From the NCBI GenBank assembly GCA_977017575.1, contig CDRNVI010000012.1:806001-870000 (forward strand): DNA of 64,000 nucleotides. The letters run 5' to 3'. How positions within the stretch are numbered: the stretch's first letter is position 1; every line of letters begins with the position of its first letter. Origin of the DNA: Paramoeba atlantica (taxonomy: Eukaryota; Protista; Discosea). The translations under genes and the position numbers were made by a program. A model generated the notes under the pieces. The model was not told the DNA's origin, did no database searches, and saw only the letters and a list, made by a program, of their open reading frames with translations. Positions 12,101-23,304 of the stretch are shown here, piece after piece.

Positions 12101-13954
12101 TCCTCCAGTTCTCAGCCATATGATCTTGTAGATGCGTGTGCTCGTTTGCGGTGGAAGCACCCCCGTGAAGCCATTTCCTTCCTTATGTCCATAAATTCCT
12201 TCGTATGAAAGAACGACCTGTCTTTTGCCATATTTCCGTTTCGCGGATTGCACTGTCCCTGAAGATATGTTCAACAAAGGCTGTTGATCGAAACACCAGG
12301 CCACTACGCATTTGTGTCCTACTTCGGAGCTCTCGGCTTCTTCCTGCAGTTTTTCAAATGCCATCGGAAAATCAACTCCGGGTCGGATTGATAATCGCAT
12401 TTCATGAGCAATCGCTTCTTGGCTCTTGTCTTCTTCCCGATTAAGCTTCTCATGGGGCATGACTCCTGTATTTACTCCTTCTGCGCTGATAGGTGAAACC
12501 GTGTCTCCAAAGTGATGAGTTGTGCGCTGATCCAAAGGAGGCGGTGTTTGACATTCGTGGAACACTGTGTTTGTCGTCTCCGCAGAGGCCGGCTCCGGCG
12601 GTCGGCTACGACACAGTCCAACAAAGTTGCTCCATTTCTTTTTTATCTTGATAAGGTTCGATTCTGGAACATATGATGGAAGGGATTCTGCCTCGTCCAC
12701 TGGTGAAGGTGCGTTCGGTTGATCATCTAGTATACCCACTGCTGATGGAGGCATCGGAGCACTCTCGGAATTTACGGTGCGTTCGTTAATTCCGACTGGA
12801 GTTGTCGCTCTTTGCTCTGAAGTGGGATCTTGTGAACGAGGCAGAGAATCGAGGTTGTGTGAGTAGCTTCCAGAATCCGATGATCGCGCAGAGATGCGTC
12901 GACCTGCCTTCATCCGTCTGTCTTCCGCTGCCTCTTCAGCCTTCCGTCTAGCTGTTTCTTCAGCTTTAAGACGCCGACGTCGCTGTCCACTGGTCTCTTC
13001 TACGATCCTTGCAGACGGGTTTAGGGGACGTAGGATTTCCTCATCTGTGACCGGACGAGCGTATTCTGGTATGTCTTCCACGGCAGGGGTTCCGTTTGCG
13101 CGTGGTGACTCCTCTATGAAACCGTTCCGCTCACCAACCAAATTCAGGAATTTCCGTTGTTTCGAAAAATTGCTCAACTGCGCAACTCGGCTGCGGGATA
13201 TGGGCATCCCTTGTGACAGGTATCCGTTGCCCGATTCACAAGGTATCCCTTGTGACAGGTATCCGTTGCCCGGTTGTCGCGTGTTTGAATTTATCTGAGG
13301 CGGCGCGGTTGGAGCTTCCGGAGGATTCCTTGGGGAAGATGTACCACGTAACAAAGAATGCGATGGCGCGGGAGAGCTTTCTATAGATTCCTGGACTATT
13401 TCTGTAGACCCTTGAATTTGGTTCTTCTGTCGCGGCGTTGGTGGCGATGATGGCGACGAGGATGGCGACAAGGAAGGCGACCAGGATGGTGTCGAGGCTG
13501 GCGGCGAGAGAGGAGGTGGGAGAGGAGGCAGCGCAGCGTTCAGCACAGCGGAAGGATGCGGCACGGCAGACGGCACATCGCAAAGGGAGGGAGGCGCACC
13601 GAAAAGATGGGGTGGAGAAAGGGGAGGCGGCTGTTGAGGCGGCGGCGAATCCTGCGACAGTGGTTCCGGTGGCCGAGTCAATCGCAGCTGCGGCGACGGT
13701 GAATTCTGTGAAGGTGGCTGCGGTGATGATGGCGACCGTTGCAGAGGAATCAACGGTTCGCGCGGCGGCGGTGGAGGCGGCATCGGTGGTGACGGCGCAC
13801 GTCGCGGAGTAGGAAGAGATGGTGCTCGCCCTTCGGGGTATTTTTTCTTCCGGCGGGTCGGCGGCAGAGGCTGGACAACGGGAGCTACTCCCGTCTCCTT
13901 CGCCCGGCTCCGAGTGAACATGCCCATGTAGGGTGAGAGAATATATATCAACAA
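9165..13954 (-). mobile_element. Near full-length CRE-clade non-LTR retrotransposon, family A copy A2 (about 1500-aa RT-RLE ORF with one nonsense at 10715-10717 and one frameshift near 10500; 3' UTR; poly(A))
   Basis: ORFs 10715-13954, 10460-10705 and 9379-10569 join into a P/S-rich N-terminus, RT (GVRQGSP, YIDD), CCHC and RLE (KHN, REP, GPD, YDLTV). T13 at 9165-9177 is the poly(A) tail. Confidence 0.9.
9283..9343. repeat. Four copies of a 15-16-bp unit (cctaccctaatttat) in the A2 3' UTR, each containing CCCTAA
   Basis: Read directly from the sequence. Confidence 0.85.
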
Positions 13955-16760
13955 TCGACCACCTTCCCATTCCCACGGCTAAAACGATAAGTCCAGATTT
14001 CGTTCCGAGAGTGATTGCCATTTATCGAGACATCATGCAACTGTACCAACAGAGCGATTATCCGCAGAGAAACAAGATCTGGCATCAGGTCCTATCCGCC
14101 ATGAAACTCTCCTTAGCAGAGGTTCGACTAACAAATGCGAAGCAACGGCGTCGCAGACCTCCGCAAGACACGTACACAGACAAAGCGGAAGAGGAGTCAG
14201 AAGTCAAAGAAGATCGTAGGGCTATTAAACGAGCAACTCGTCTCGCTATGGAAGGTTGCACCTCCAAAGCTACTAAGGTACTAGATCGTTCCTTTCAACG
14301 TCATTCCCTAACGGATCAAGAAACTATACAAAAGCTACGAGCCTTGCATCCGGAACAAACCTGCAAATTTAAAGTACCTGAAGATGCCCCGATTATTGCT
14401 GCGATCTCTCCCTTCGAACTCCGCAGTGCTAGCAAACGGCTAGCGAAAGGAGTCAGCCCAGGACCCACCGGTACAACTGACAGATTCTCAAAAATAAGTG
14501 ATGACTGTTTGACTTCCTGGTCCAGTACACGGGTGGCTTTGGACACACATCCTTCAAGAGCCAATTTTGTTGCCTTTTTCATCGCTCTGGTATCATCAGT
14601 GTCGCTCGTGCTTTTCCCGTTATTTTTTTCTCCTGCAACAGAATCAGGTAAAGGACGTCGTCGCCTTTTTTTCCCGCTCAAGTCGCGGATGGTAGCCAGG
14701 GAGTGCCCGTGTGGGATGCTAATCCCCAAGTGGGACGTACGAAAACATGTAGTCCTTTTTCAGCCCATGATGAAAATTTTAGAAAATGCCCGTATTATTT
14801 TATTTATAACATTTATTTATAATATTTAGTATTGCAGGAACTCTTTGAGTAATACATGTAAAAAAAAAGATCAGAGTATTCGGCGGCGAAGAATCTCTGG
14901 AAGGGCTTCAGTGTTGCGAAGGCGAAAACGCTTTTCGCCATTTCGTCCCTGGATGGGGTGTTGAATGCATTCTTCATGTCAACCGATAGAATAGTGTATC
15001 CGTCAAGATATCGGTCGCGTAGTTTGTGGACGATTCTCTCGCAACCTGCCTGCGAAAATACTCCTTGCTGCATTGGAGAAAAAAGCGGTTCAAGTGATTT
15101 CTCGTACCTCTGCAGCAGAATCAGGCCGGCTAGCTTACCGAAAATTTCGCCAATTGCAACAGGACGGACTCCTCCGTCAGGTTTGGCTATTGCAACCAGG
15201 CGAGCCCTATTTAGCCGTTTCATGACCTGGCGTGAAAGAAAACCGTTTATCAGGTCTCCCATCATATGACACATACTCACGCAGCAGGGCTCGTCGTCTA
15301 CTAGCAGCCTAATTACACTGTCAGATATTTTTTTTTTAAGTCTGATCCATCTGATTTGTTATATTTTGGGTCAGATGGCAATCTTGCAAGCATTATACCG
15401 AGCTCAGCTGGAGTGAGACAAGGTTCCGCCTTAACAAGTTTGTACTTCTGTGTGCTTTGTCAACCAATCCTAGAGACATTGGCGATGGAGTTCCCTGATG
15501 TAGAAATAAAAATCGTCTACATCGACGATTTAACCCTCGTTTCACGTGACCCAATCGAGCTTGAAAAAATATTCTTTAGACTGAGAGATTTGCTTAAAGT
15601 AAAACAAGTGACGCTTGCCGTGACGCTTGTGGTTTCAAGGGGTGTCAGGAAACAGTATACCTTCGTCTCTTCAAGACCAAGGATTAAAAACCGAATCTGA
15701 CGCCGTCAAAATACTGGGTGCTCACATTGGCGATAACGAATCAGTTTGTGAACGGCTCATTCGACAAGTCAACAAGCATGAAAACGGCTTTCGAAGGCTT
15801 GAGAAAATGGTCATGAACAACATCTCTCTACTGCTACTGTGCAAATGTGTAAACGTCAGACTTCAATACCTCATGCGCGTTCACGAAGCGGACAATACGG
15901 ATATTGCCACGACAAAGTTTGACCAAAAAGTTGAGAAGGTCGTGGAATCCTGGGTAGGACCTCTAACGGTCGATCAAAAGAAAATCATTAGCCTTCCACT
16001 TAGAAAAGGAGGTTTCGGATTAACAGCGTGCAACCCCAATCGAGCAAATGCTTACGCAGCTTCGCGTTTTTCGGTTCTAGAGCGCCTAAGTTCTTCTTCA
16101 GCTCGGACCGGAACTGACATGACAGCTACTCACAATTGTATTCCCAAGAAAACAAACTTGAAAATTGCACCTGTTGACAATGAAACTTCTAGCGCGATTC
16201 AACATGAAAAAGTTTGGAAAGAACTGCGGCTCGATCCCGAGATCAAGCCTATACTTCAAGCGACTTCATTCAAAGGTAACAATGACTGGTTGACTTCACA
16301 TGTACGTTACATACCATCACATCTCTTTAGACGTCTGTGCCGCTCCGGGCCGGATTTTGTCATATACTGGAACAACGGTGAAGTATTTTACGATTTAACA
16401 GTAGTTCACGAGCTATCAGTCACGAACCGATCTAAAAAATGTTCCCAACTAATCAACGATGCGATCAATAGAAAACTAAAATCGTACGTGCACACCAACC
16501 TTATAAGAGAAGAATCGTTCTAATGTTTGCCCGTGCTGTCCGGAGGTGCCTTACATCGAAATACGCAAAGACTGATCCACTCACTAGCGGATGCTGCTTT
16601 ACTCGATCGACAGGGGGTCGAACAAGACTTTAAATTGCTGCTGCAGGAATTGAATGGGATAGAAGTATATTCCCATCTTCGGAAATACCTTGATGGAGAG
16701 CGTGAAACACAGGAATTCAGTCTTTAATTTCATAGAATTGTATGAATAAAAAAAAGAAGT
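13955..16760 (+). mobile_element. Rearranged CRE family A copy: + arm 13955-14483, inverted middle 14869-15324, + arm 15341-16727, with a deletion near 16330 and a stop at 16521
   Basis: The protein is continuous across the inversion: GPTGTTD/SVIRLLVDD and AEYSD/PSDLLYFG. It ends in an RLE C-terminus followed by A-rich sequence. Confidence 0.8.
14497..14705 (-). pseudogene. Short fragment of another family A copy inserted at the left inversion junction
   Basis: SLATIRDLSGKKRRRRP...AMKKATKLALEGCVSKATRVLD matches the A2 pre-RT region. Confidence 0.75.
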
Positions 16761-16899
16761 TTACAAAGTCGCGTAGGAGAAAAAAAAAGATATTCTATAA
16801 GACTCTTGTTGTGCCAGAGCACCATTCGTAGGAAATGATGATCTTCCGAAATATCTCCTTTGCCCCCCTTAATACAAATGCAGGTCCGCCCCCGGGCAA

Positions 16900-17179
16900 A
16901 ACGCCAGTTATTTATAAAAAAGATAGTTTCAGAAAAAAATCGAAAGATAGCCAGTATGTGTACGTGTTATCGCCTCGACGAAAACCCCATCCAATCACGC
17001 ACTCCGTGCCTTTGCCCCACTTGGAAACGGTGGCGTACACGGATCGTTGCCAACTGTCCAGAAGCGACGTGATTGAAGATTTTATATTGCATCTCCAGGA
17101 ACTGAATGGGACCATCACGCATGCTCACATGCGTACCTTTCTATCTCACAACGCCCCAGAAAAGGAATACGGATTCTGA
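16900..17179 (+). pseudogene. Family A RLE C-terminal remnant
   Basis: DFILHLQELNG motif; frameshifted upstream part. Confidence 0.6.
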
Positions 17180-17319
17180 ACACTAGGAAATAAATGATGC
17201 AAGTTGGATAGGATGTGTTGGAGTTTTGTTGGGTGAGTCAGAAAGGATGTACTTGACGACGAAATATGCTGTTGTTGTTATTGGAATTGACGGAGCTTAA
17301 TGATCAGCATCAGATGAAA

Positions 17320-17608
17320 AATTTGATTACAGGGAAATGTAAGAGACGCAATCAACCGGAAACAAACGAAATACGTAACGTCAAACATGCTAACCAAGGA
17401 GCAGTTCCAATGCTTACCAATATTATCCTGCGGAGCGCTACACGCGAACACGAAGAATCTAATTAAGGCACTAGCTGAGAGTACTCGGCAAGAACCGGCC
17501 TCTGTAAATAGAGATTTCACGCTTCATCAGCAGGAGCTGAACGGGGCCATATGTCTATCCCAACTGCGCGCATACCTGCGAGATGCAAACGAAGAGCTAG
17601 ATTTTTAG
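17320..17608 (+). pseudogene. Family A RLE C-terminal remnant
   Basis: DAINRKQTKYV...CLPILSCGALH...QELNGAICLSQLR. Confidence 0.75.
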
Positions 17609-17917
17609 CAGGATTTGGTAGTGTCTCAGGAACTTTATGCAGGTAAAATGTTATAAAGGAAGAACAAGCGATTCTTAAACAATCAATATGATAGGGAGAC
17701 AGACTTAAATGGAAACGAAGTCTATGCCCAGATGCATAGCTATTTATCTTAATACAAAAAGTGGTCAAGATTAACAAAAAGATGGTCTTAACGCACAAAT
17801 GTATTTAAACAAAATCACCAGCTAGGACACAAATAAAGAAGACGAGCATACCAAAAGAGTGCAGCCGCCCCGATGGAGAATGAAATATATCAAACGCAAA
17901 AAGATGACTACATGGAC

Positions 17918-18200
17918 CAATGGCCCTCGAGCGCCCAAAAACCCCATTCAGCTCGGGCCCCTCATCCACGGAGTTTGCATTTTTCGGACCAGTTTCGAAT
18001 GCGTGAAAAGTGGAATGAAACGGAGCAACGGCCCTCGAGCGCCCAAAAACCCCTTTCAGCTCGGGTCTTTATTCCACGAAGTTCGCCTTTTTCGCACCAG
18101 TTTCGTATGCATGAAAAGTAGAATGAAACGGAGCAATGGCTCTCGAGCGCCCAAAAACCCCATTCAGCTCGGGCCCTTATTCCACGAAGTTCGACTTCAC
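17918..18200 (+). repeat. 108-bp tandem repeat, about 2.6 copies
   Basis: Units start at 17918, 18026 and 18134. Confidence 0.9.
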
Positions 18201-18378
18201 CGCACGAAACCTAAAACTGGCGTGTGCATAGCCTCGGGGTTTACACGAGAGACATGCAGGAGCGGAAAGTTGAAGTTGTTTGGGGAATGTTGAGAATAGC
18301 TAAAGGCTGCAAGTTGCAGCTAAAAGGTTGTATGCCCTTCTAAAGCTGAAGGTGATTTTCCGGCATTATCAACTGGTC

Positions 18379-18433
18379 AAGCGTTGATTGTGATATCAGG
18401 GTGCTCTGCAGACAGAGTTTCAAGGATTGGTTG
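18379..18433 (-). pseudogene. 55-bp micro-fragment of family A RT
   Basis: Reads QPILETLSAEHPDITINA, matching QPILETLAMEFPD...YIDD of other copies. Confidence 0.55.
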
Positions 18434-18689
18434 CCATATACTTTTAGAACTTGATAAAATTGATAACCATTGCAAATATTCAGTTCCACTTTTAAGAAGA
18501 AAGCGCCGAGAATAACCAAGACTATGAATTAAACGGTTAACTAATATGTAAAAAAAAAATCAAACGCTAACGCAATCAACCGATGCCGTGAGAGCGCAGA
18601 AGCACACGAAGGATTGTATTATGACGTTCACCGGGAAAAAATTTTCGACGACGACGTTGAAGGAAATGTTGAGTTCTTGAGATCTAATC

Positions 18690-21174
18690 GTATGAAAATG
18701 AACATTCCACCTTCAGACGCGAACATGCCGGTTGTTTCTTTGCGCAATTATATACGCCGACCCAAACTCAACTTAGTCGCACGCGAGGAGAGTAACTGCT
18801 CAATGGAATCAGAACTTCCCGGGACTCAGAGCCAGGAGACGACAGAGTCGAATGACGAGCAGTCACAGCGGACAGCGACGGCGCAAGCCATTACCTCGGA
18901 AGACGCGGTAGTTGCGAATGATTATGAGACGGGATCTAATGCATCGTTTCACGACTGTTCGTCACCACCCCCGATTCCTGAGCCCAACGAAGCAGAAAGT
19001 ACACATGCTGAGTATCAACTCCGTGACTCCTCCGCATTTCATGATAATTCGCAGACAAATGACTTAGTTTACAAGCTCCTGACCACCATAAGCCCTAATG
19101 TACACTTTCCCGTTCAGGGAGAACGGTTACACCGTTCAGGGCCCGATTTGGTTATTTATTGGGCGGCCGGTGAAATCTTCTATGATCTCACCGTCGTACA
19201 CGATCTGGCACCATCTCTTGCGGGAACAACACCGGCGAAGGCAATCAAAGATGCGATCGCGCGGAAAAACACCAAATACGTCTCATCGAATATGTTCGCC
19301 GAGGAGAAATTCGCCTGTTTACCGGTGCTGTCAAGTGGCTCATTGCACGCCCGAACTCGGGAGCTGCTACGGCTTCTGGCGGAAAAGATTTCTATTGAGC
19401 CCAGCAAGGTGGAAAACGATTTCATACTTCTCTTGCAGGAGATGAATGGAAACATTCTCCTAGACCAGCTCAGAAAGTACCTGAGCCAAAGCCATGGGGA
19501 CGATATTTGCGCTTTTTGATGGAAAATGCAGTGAGAATCCGTGGTAGGAAGTCTCATAGTTTACGAAAAGAATTGTTTGAAGAGGATTCGCAGTTTATAT
19601 CATACAAAAACGCTTTAAAAGAAACGGTCCCGTTCCACGGGACACTATATGGGAGCAATCGCGCATGGCAAAGGTCGGAGATTCATGTATTGTAGCGTGG
19701 AGCTTTGACCAAACACCACGACTCAATATTTCTAGCGGAGTGGTACAAGCGACCCAAAAAAGAGGCACAAAGCGGAAGCTGGCTATAAAATACACCGGCA
19801 TTCACGGATACAAGGTAGAAGAGAGCTTTTCGGGCCATATTCCTCCGCAATCTAATGTGCGGATCTACAAATTAATTTGGGATTCTGGCAACATTGAGTC
19901 TTCAACTGCTGCTCCAACGCAAACGATATGCATCTCTACCGACAGCGATCTTGACCATGAGCTAATGCCAACCCTCCGCACAGTAAGCCCGGAATTTATA
20001 CCATGCGCAGTAGCAATTTATCGTGAATTACTTCGAGACTACGCAGAAAGTACGTATCCAGAGAGGAACTGCATATGGCATAAAGTATTGTCTGCCACGA
20101 AGTATTCGTTGGCGACCGTTCGTAACGCGAGTGCTAAGCGTGGGCGAAGAGACCAAATTAAGACACTCGAAAACGGGTCATCCGGAACGGAAGGATGCGC
20201 TACTGCAGTCCCAGATAAGCTCGATTTTTTGCTCTAGAGCGAATAAAAACCCCTTCAGCTCTTGCAATGAGTATGACCCCACTGCCACGCCACGAATACA
20301 GCCCGGAAAACCCTCCAGATGATGAAATCGTAACGGAAGACTTGTTTCACTCCAAGGTAAAAGAAACCCTGATGCAAGATAAAATAGCGGGACCAGTCTT
20401 ACAAGCGACCTGCGAAAAAGGAAACTTCTCCTGGCTAACCTCTAGAACAAGAATGGTATCCTCACGACACTTTACGCTAGCAGTGATGCCCCGCCTTGGC
20501 TTGGCCCATCCTCGTCTTCCCGCTCATGTGCAATGCCCTGGCTGCCATATAACTCTCAAGTCAGACGAAGCCATCACCCATATTTCTGGATGTGTTAAAT
20601 GCCATGGAAATAACGCAACAATGAAGCAATGGTAAGACGAATCTACGAACTATGCCTCAAAGGAGGAATCCCGTGCGAATTAGAACCCCGCAATTTTTCG
20701 TCCTACAAATGCACGGTATGCGCCGAGTCGATACAAACAGAAAGACGCCACGAACACCAACGAACATGCGGTACCGGAGCTTTAATTCGATCCGGACCAG
20801 ACATTGTGATCCACTGGGCATCGGGAGATATCTATTATGATTTCACCATAGTTCACGAGCTGTCACCCTCGAACATAGGCAGGAAAGCAACCCAACTCAT
20901 GAAAGACGCTATAGGCCGCAAGATAAAAACATACGTGACGACCGCTATGATACCATCGAACCAATTTGTGTGCCTCCCCATGCTCTCCGGCGGGGCCATG
21001 CATGCAAACACTAAGGCTCTTCTTAACTCTCTCGCGGATGTATGCGGAGCAGATCGCGAAACGATTGTTGGGGACTTTGCATTGCAGCTACAAGAACTAA
21101 ACGGCGCCGTGGTTTACTCCCAATTAAAGCAGTTCCTGGCCTCTGACTCCTCTGAGGAAAAGAAACTATTTTAG
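18690..21174 (+). mobile_element. Mosaic family A copy: N-terminal part (18690-19115, 19628-20150) interrupted by an RLE 3' piece (19116-19627), then a CCHC-RLE C-terminal part (20230-21174) with a frameshift near 20630
   Basis: FHDCSSPPP, CIVAWSFD, EFIPCAVAIYRELL and two separate RSGPD...QELNG blocks. The 8-bp duplication tcccgttc (19108, 19628) flanks the insert. Confidence 0.8.
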
Positions 21175-21719
21175 CCACCATCGTCAACACTGAGGATCAG
21201 AGATTAACATAGTTGCCGAGTCTAATTGGCGCATATTGTAAACTTGTGTTACCAAGAGGGTTATGAATAACTCAGAGTCGCGGAGAAATTGCTCAAAAGC
21301 TACTGAAGAAGAAAATGACCATTGAGCACGAGAAACAACTGGAAGAGTTGAAGAAAAACGGTCGAATAGAACACATCTACAACAAGACCTTTCGACCTCG
21401 AGCGCCGAAACTCCTTTTCTGCTCGGTCGGGGAGTTGTGGTAACTTCGGACTGGAATCGAGGTGATTTGGCTTGTGCAGAGGACATTCTTGATGATGGGG
21501 AAGCAGAAAAGCAGTAAGAAGCTGAGGTGATCTCAGCCAGCTCCTGTTCAAATAAAAGCGATAATCGTATATTCATTATAAATTGCTCAAAAAAAAAAGT
21601 GGGATGCCGTTGATGCTGCTGTGAGCCCTCGCCGTGGATTTCTCGTTATATTCTGTTCCTGTCAGGGCATTCGGCTTTTGTCGGATGATGGGGCGTAGCG
21701 ACCCCAGCTTCCCTAGCTA

Positions 21720-21918
21720 ACTCACCCGGCGTCGCATAACAAGACGCTACATACCTAGGGTGGGTACGATCAGGGCCCCGCGGGTGACACTACCCGGTGC
21801 CAGCAAAACAAGGCACAAAATAACTAGGGTAACGGTCACCCAGACATTGCAGCGTGAGAATGACACCGCCCGGTACCGGATATAACAAGGTACTAAGGAA
21901 CTAGGGTGGGTGTCATTC
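21720..21918 (+). repeat. Three tandem copies of a conserved stem-loop motif of unknown function
   Basis: ACCC-G-(5-bp stem)-loop ending ACAA-(stem)-10 nt ending CTA-GGGT, at 21720-21765, 21782-21841 and 21858-21918; inner stems covary. Confidence 0.8.
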
Positions 21919-22354
21919 AGCATAATCTTTGGAGTGTGTTGTGTTTTTTCACTTCAAAAGAAGTGTTTTTTCATAAAGAATATTTTCTTGTAGCATATAA
22001 AAAGGGGGGGAGGGATATAAAAGGGGTTAAAAAAGATAAGCTGGCTGCTCGCGCTCGATCTGGTCAAATCTTCGGATTTGACTTGCGTGCTGCGTGGCAC
22101 GGCTCCTAGCAAGCGATAAGGGGGGGCTTGTCCTAGGGAGGTAACATCTCCTCGGAGATATATTGCCTAAAAATCATCATCAATCAAGTGGGATGCCGCA
22201 CTCGCAGATAGACAAGCAATACCTGTCAGGTTGCGTGGTCTGACTTGTCATCCGTGACTTCAATGCCCGATGGATTCGCATCCTGGGGCAAAGAAGTTAC
22301 TTGCTCGCGCTGTCTGCAAGCCATTTCCAATTCTTCTTCTTCTTCTCCTTCTTT

Positions 22355-22797
22355 TTCCAAACGGAGCTGAAAAGGAGTTTCGGCGCTCGACGAATGATAA
22401 ACACACCAGCGTTTCGTGCACGTTTCGAAGCGTTGTCTGATCCTGCCAACGCCCTCCGCACTGCTACCTGCTTCGCTATCCAATGCAACCGCCTTCAGGT
22501 GACCGCAGGACTGTTTCGCGTGTCGCAATTCGCTCGCTTTCAAAGCGTCATACGAAAACTGGTCGAATTCCAAACGGAGCTGAAAAGGAGTTTCGGCGCT
22601 CGACGAATGATAAACGCACCAGCGTTTCGTGCGCGTTTCGAAGCGTTGTCTGATCCTGCCAACGCCCTCCGCACTGCCACCTGTTTCGCTATCCAATGCA
22701 ACCGCCTTCAGGTGACCGCAGGACTGTTTCGCGTGTCGCAATTCGCTCGCTTTCAAAACGTCATACGAAAACTGGTCGAATTCCAAACGGAGCTGAA
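22355..22797. repeat. 213-bp tandem repeat (two full units plus a start), open on both strands as a 71-aa repeat
   Basis: Units start at 22355, 22568 and 22781. Confidence 0.9.
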
Positions 22798-22940
22798 GAA
22801 GTAGTGGAACAGTCGTTATATTCTGTTCCACCACCAGGGATGACTCACGCTAGGGTGTGTGGAGCTTGCGAGGCTCTCTCACCAGCGGGGCTCACAATGG
22901 AGCTCGACCAGTGCCCTTCACAATTTAAATTTTTGCATAT

Positions 22941-22992
22941 GGAGACTACCCTAGTTTCTTGGCGTCTTGTTTTGCTGACACCGGGTAGCTCC
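22941..22992 (-). repeat. Fourth, inverted copy of the conserved stem-loop motif
   Basis: Minus strand reads ggag ctaccc g gtgtc agcaaaacaa gacgc caagaaacta gggtag t ctcc. Confidence 0.8.
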
Positions 22993-23249
22993 ACACAAGG
23001 GGCCGGGGAGGGGAACGGCGACTGGGGGGACGGAGAAAGGGCCGGCGAAGCGGGGACGAAAGAAGGCGGCGAAAACGGGGCGGAAATTGTGGCGGCAAAG
23101 GGAGCGGCGGAAGGGGAGGCGGGGCGAGAGGCGGGGCGGGTGGCGTGGTGAGAGCTTGGCGGTTGGCGCGGCGGGAGCGCGGCGGTTGGCGCGGCGGGGG
23201 CGCGGCGGGAGCGCGGCGGGTGGCGCGGCGGGAGCGCGGTGGGAGCTGG

Positions 23250-23304
23250 AGTTGTCTGTCACCTTTTCTTGAAAAGTAGCGACAGATAACTAGGGGGGGT
23301 GCAG
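23250..23304. mobile_element. Orphan terminal repeat of a TA-inserting DNA transposon family (same family as the ends at 60817 and 63516)
   Basis: ...gacagataactagggggggtgcag followed by TA; shared with the two other sites. Confidence 0.6.

Noticed and set aside
13236-14021. 261-aa (-) and 124-aa (+) Ala/Thr-rich ORFs
   Set aside because: Alternative frames of the Pro/Ser-rich N-terminus of CRE copy A2.
20230-20262. Apparent copy of the 108-bp repeat word
   Set aside because: Explained as family A coding sequence (ALERIKTPSA), homologous to the same position in A1 and A2.
13955-21174. Ciliate-style programmed gene unscrambling of the fragmented retroelements
   Set aside because: The pieces come from different diverged copies and carry stops and deletions. 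Break-repair scars explain the short duplications more simply.
21720-21918. Helitron 3' end (hairpin plus CTAG) or H/ACA snoRNA interpretation of the stem-loop motif
   Set aside because: CTAG is followed by GG inside a stem and not by the target T. The ACA lies in the apical loop and not 3' of the hairpin.
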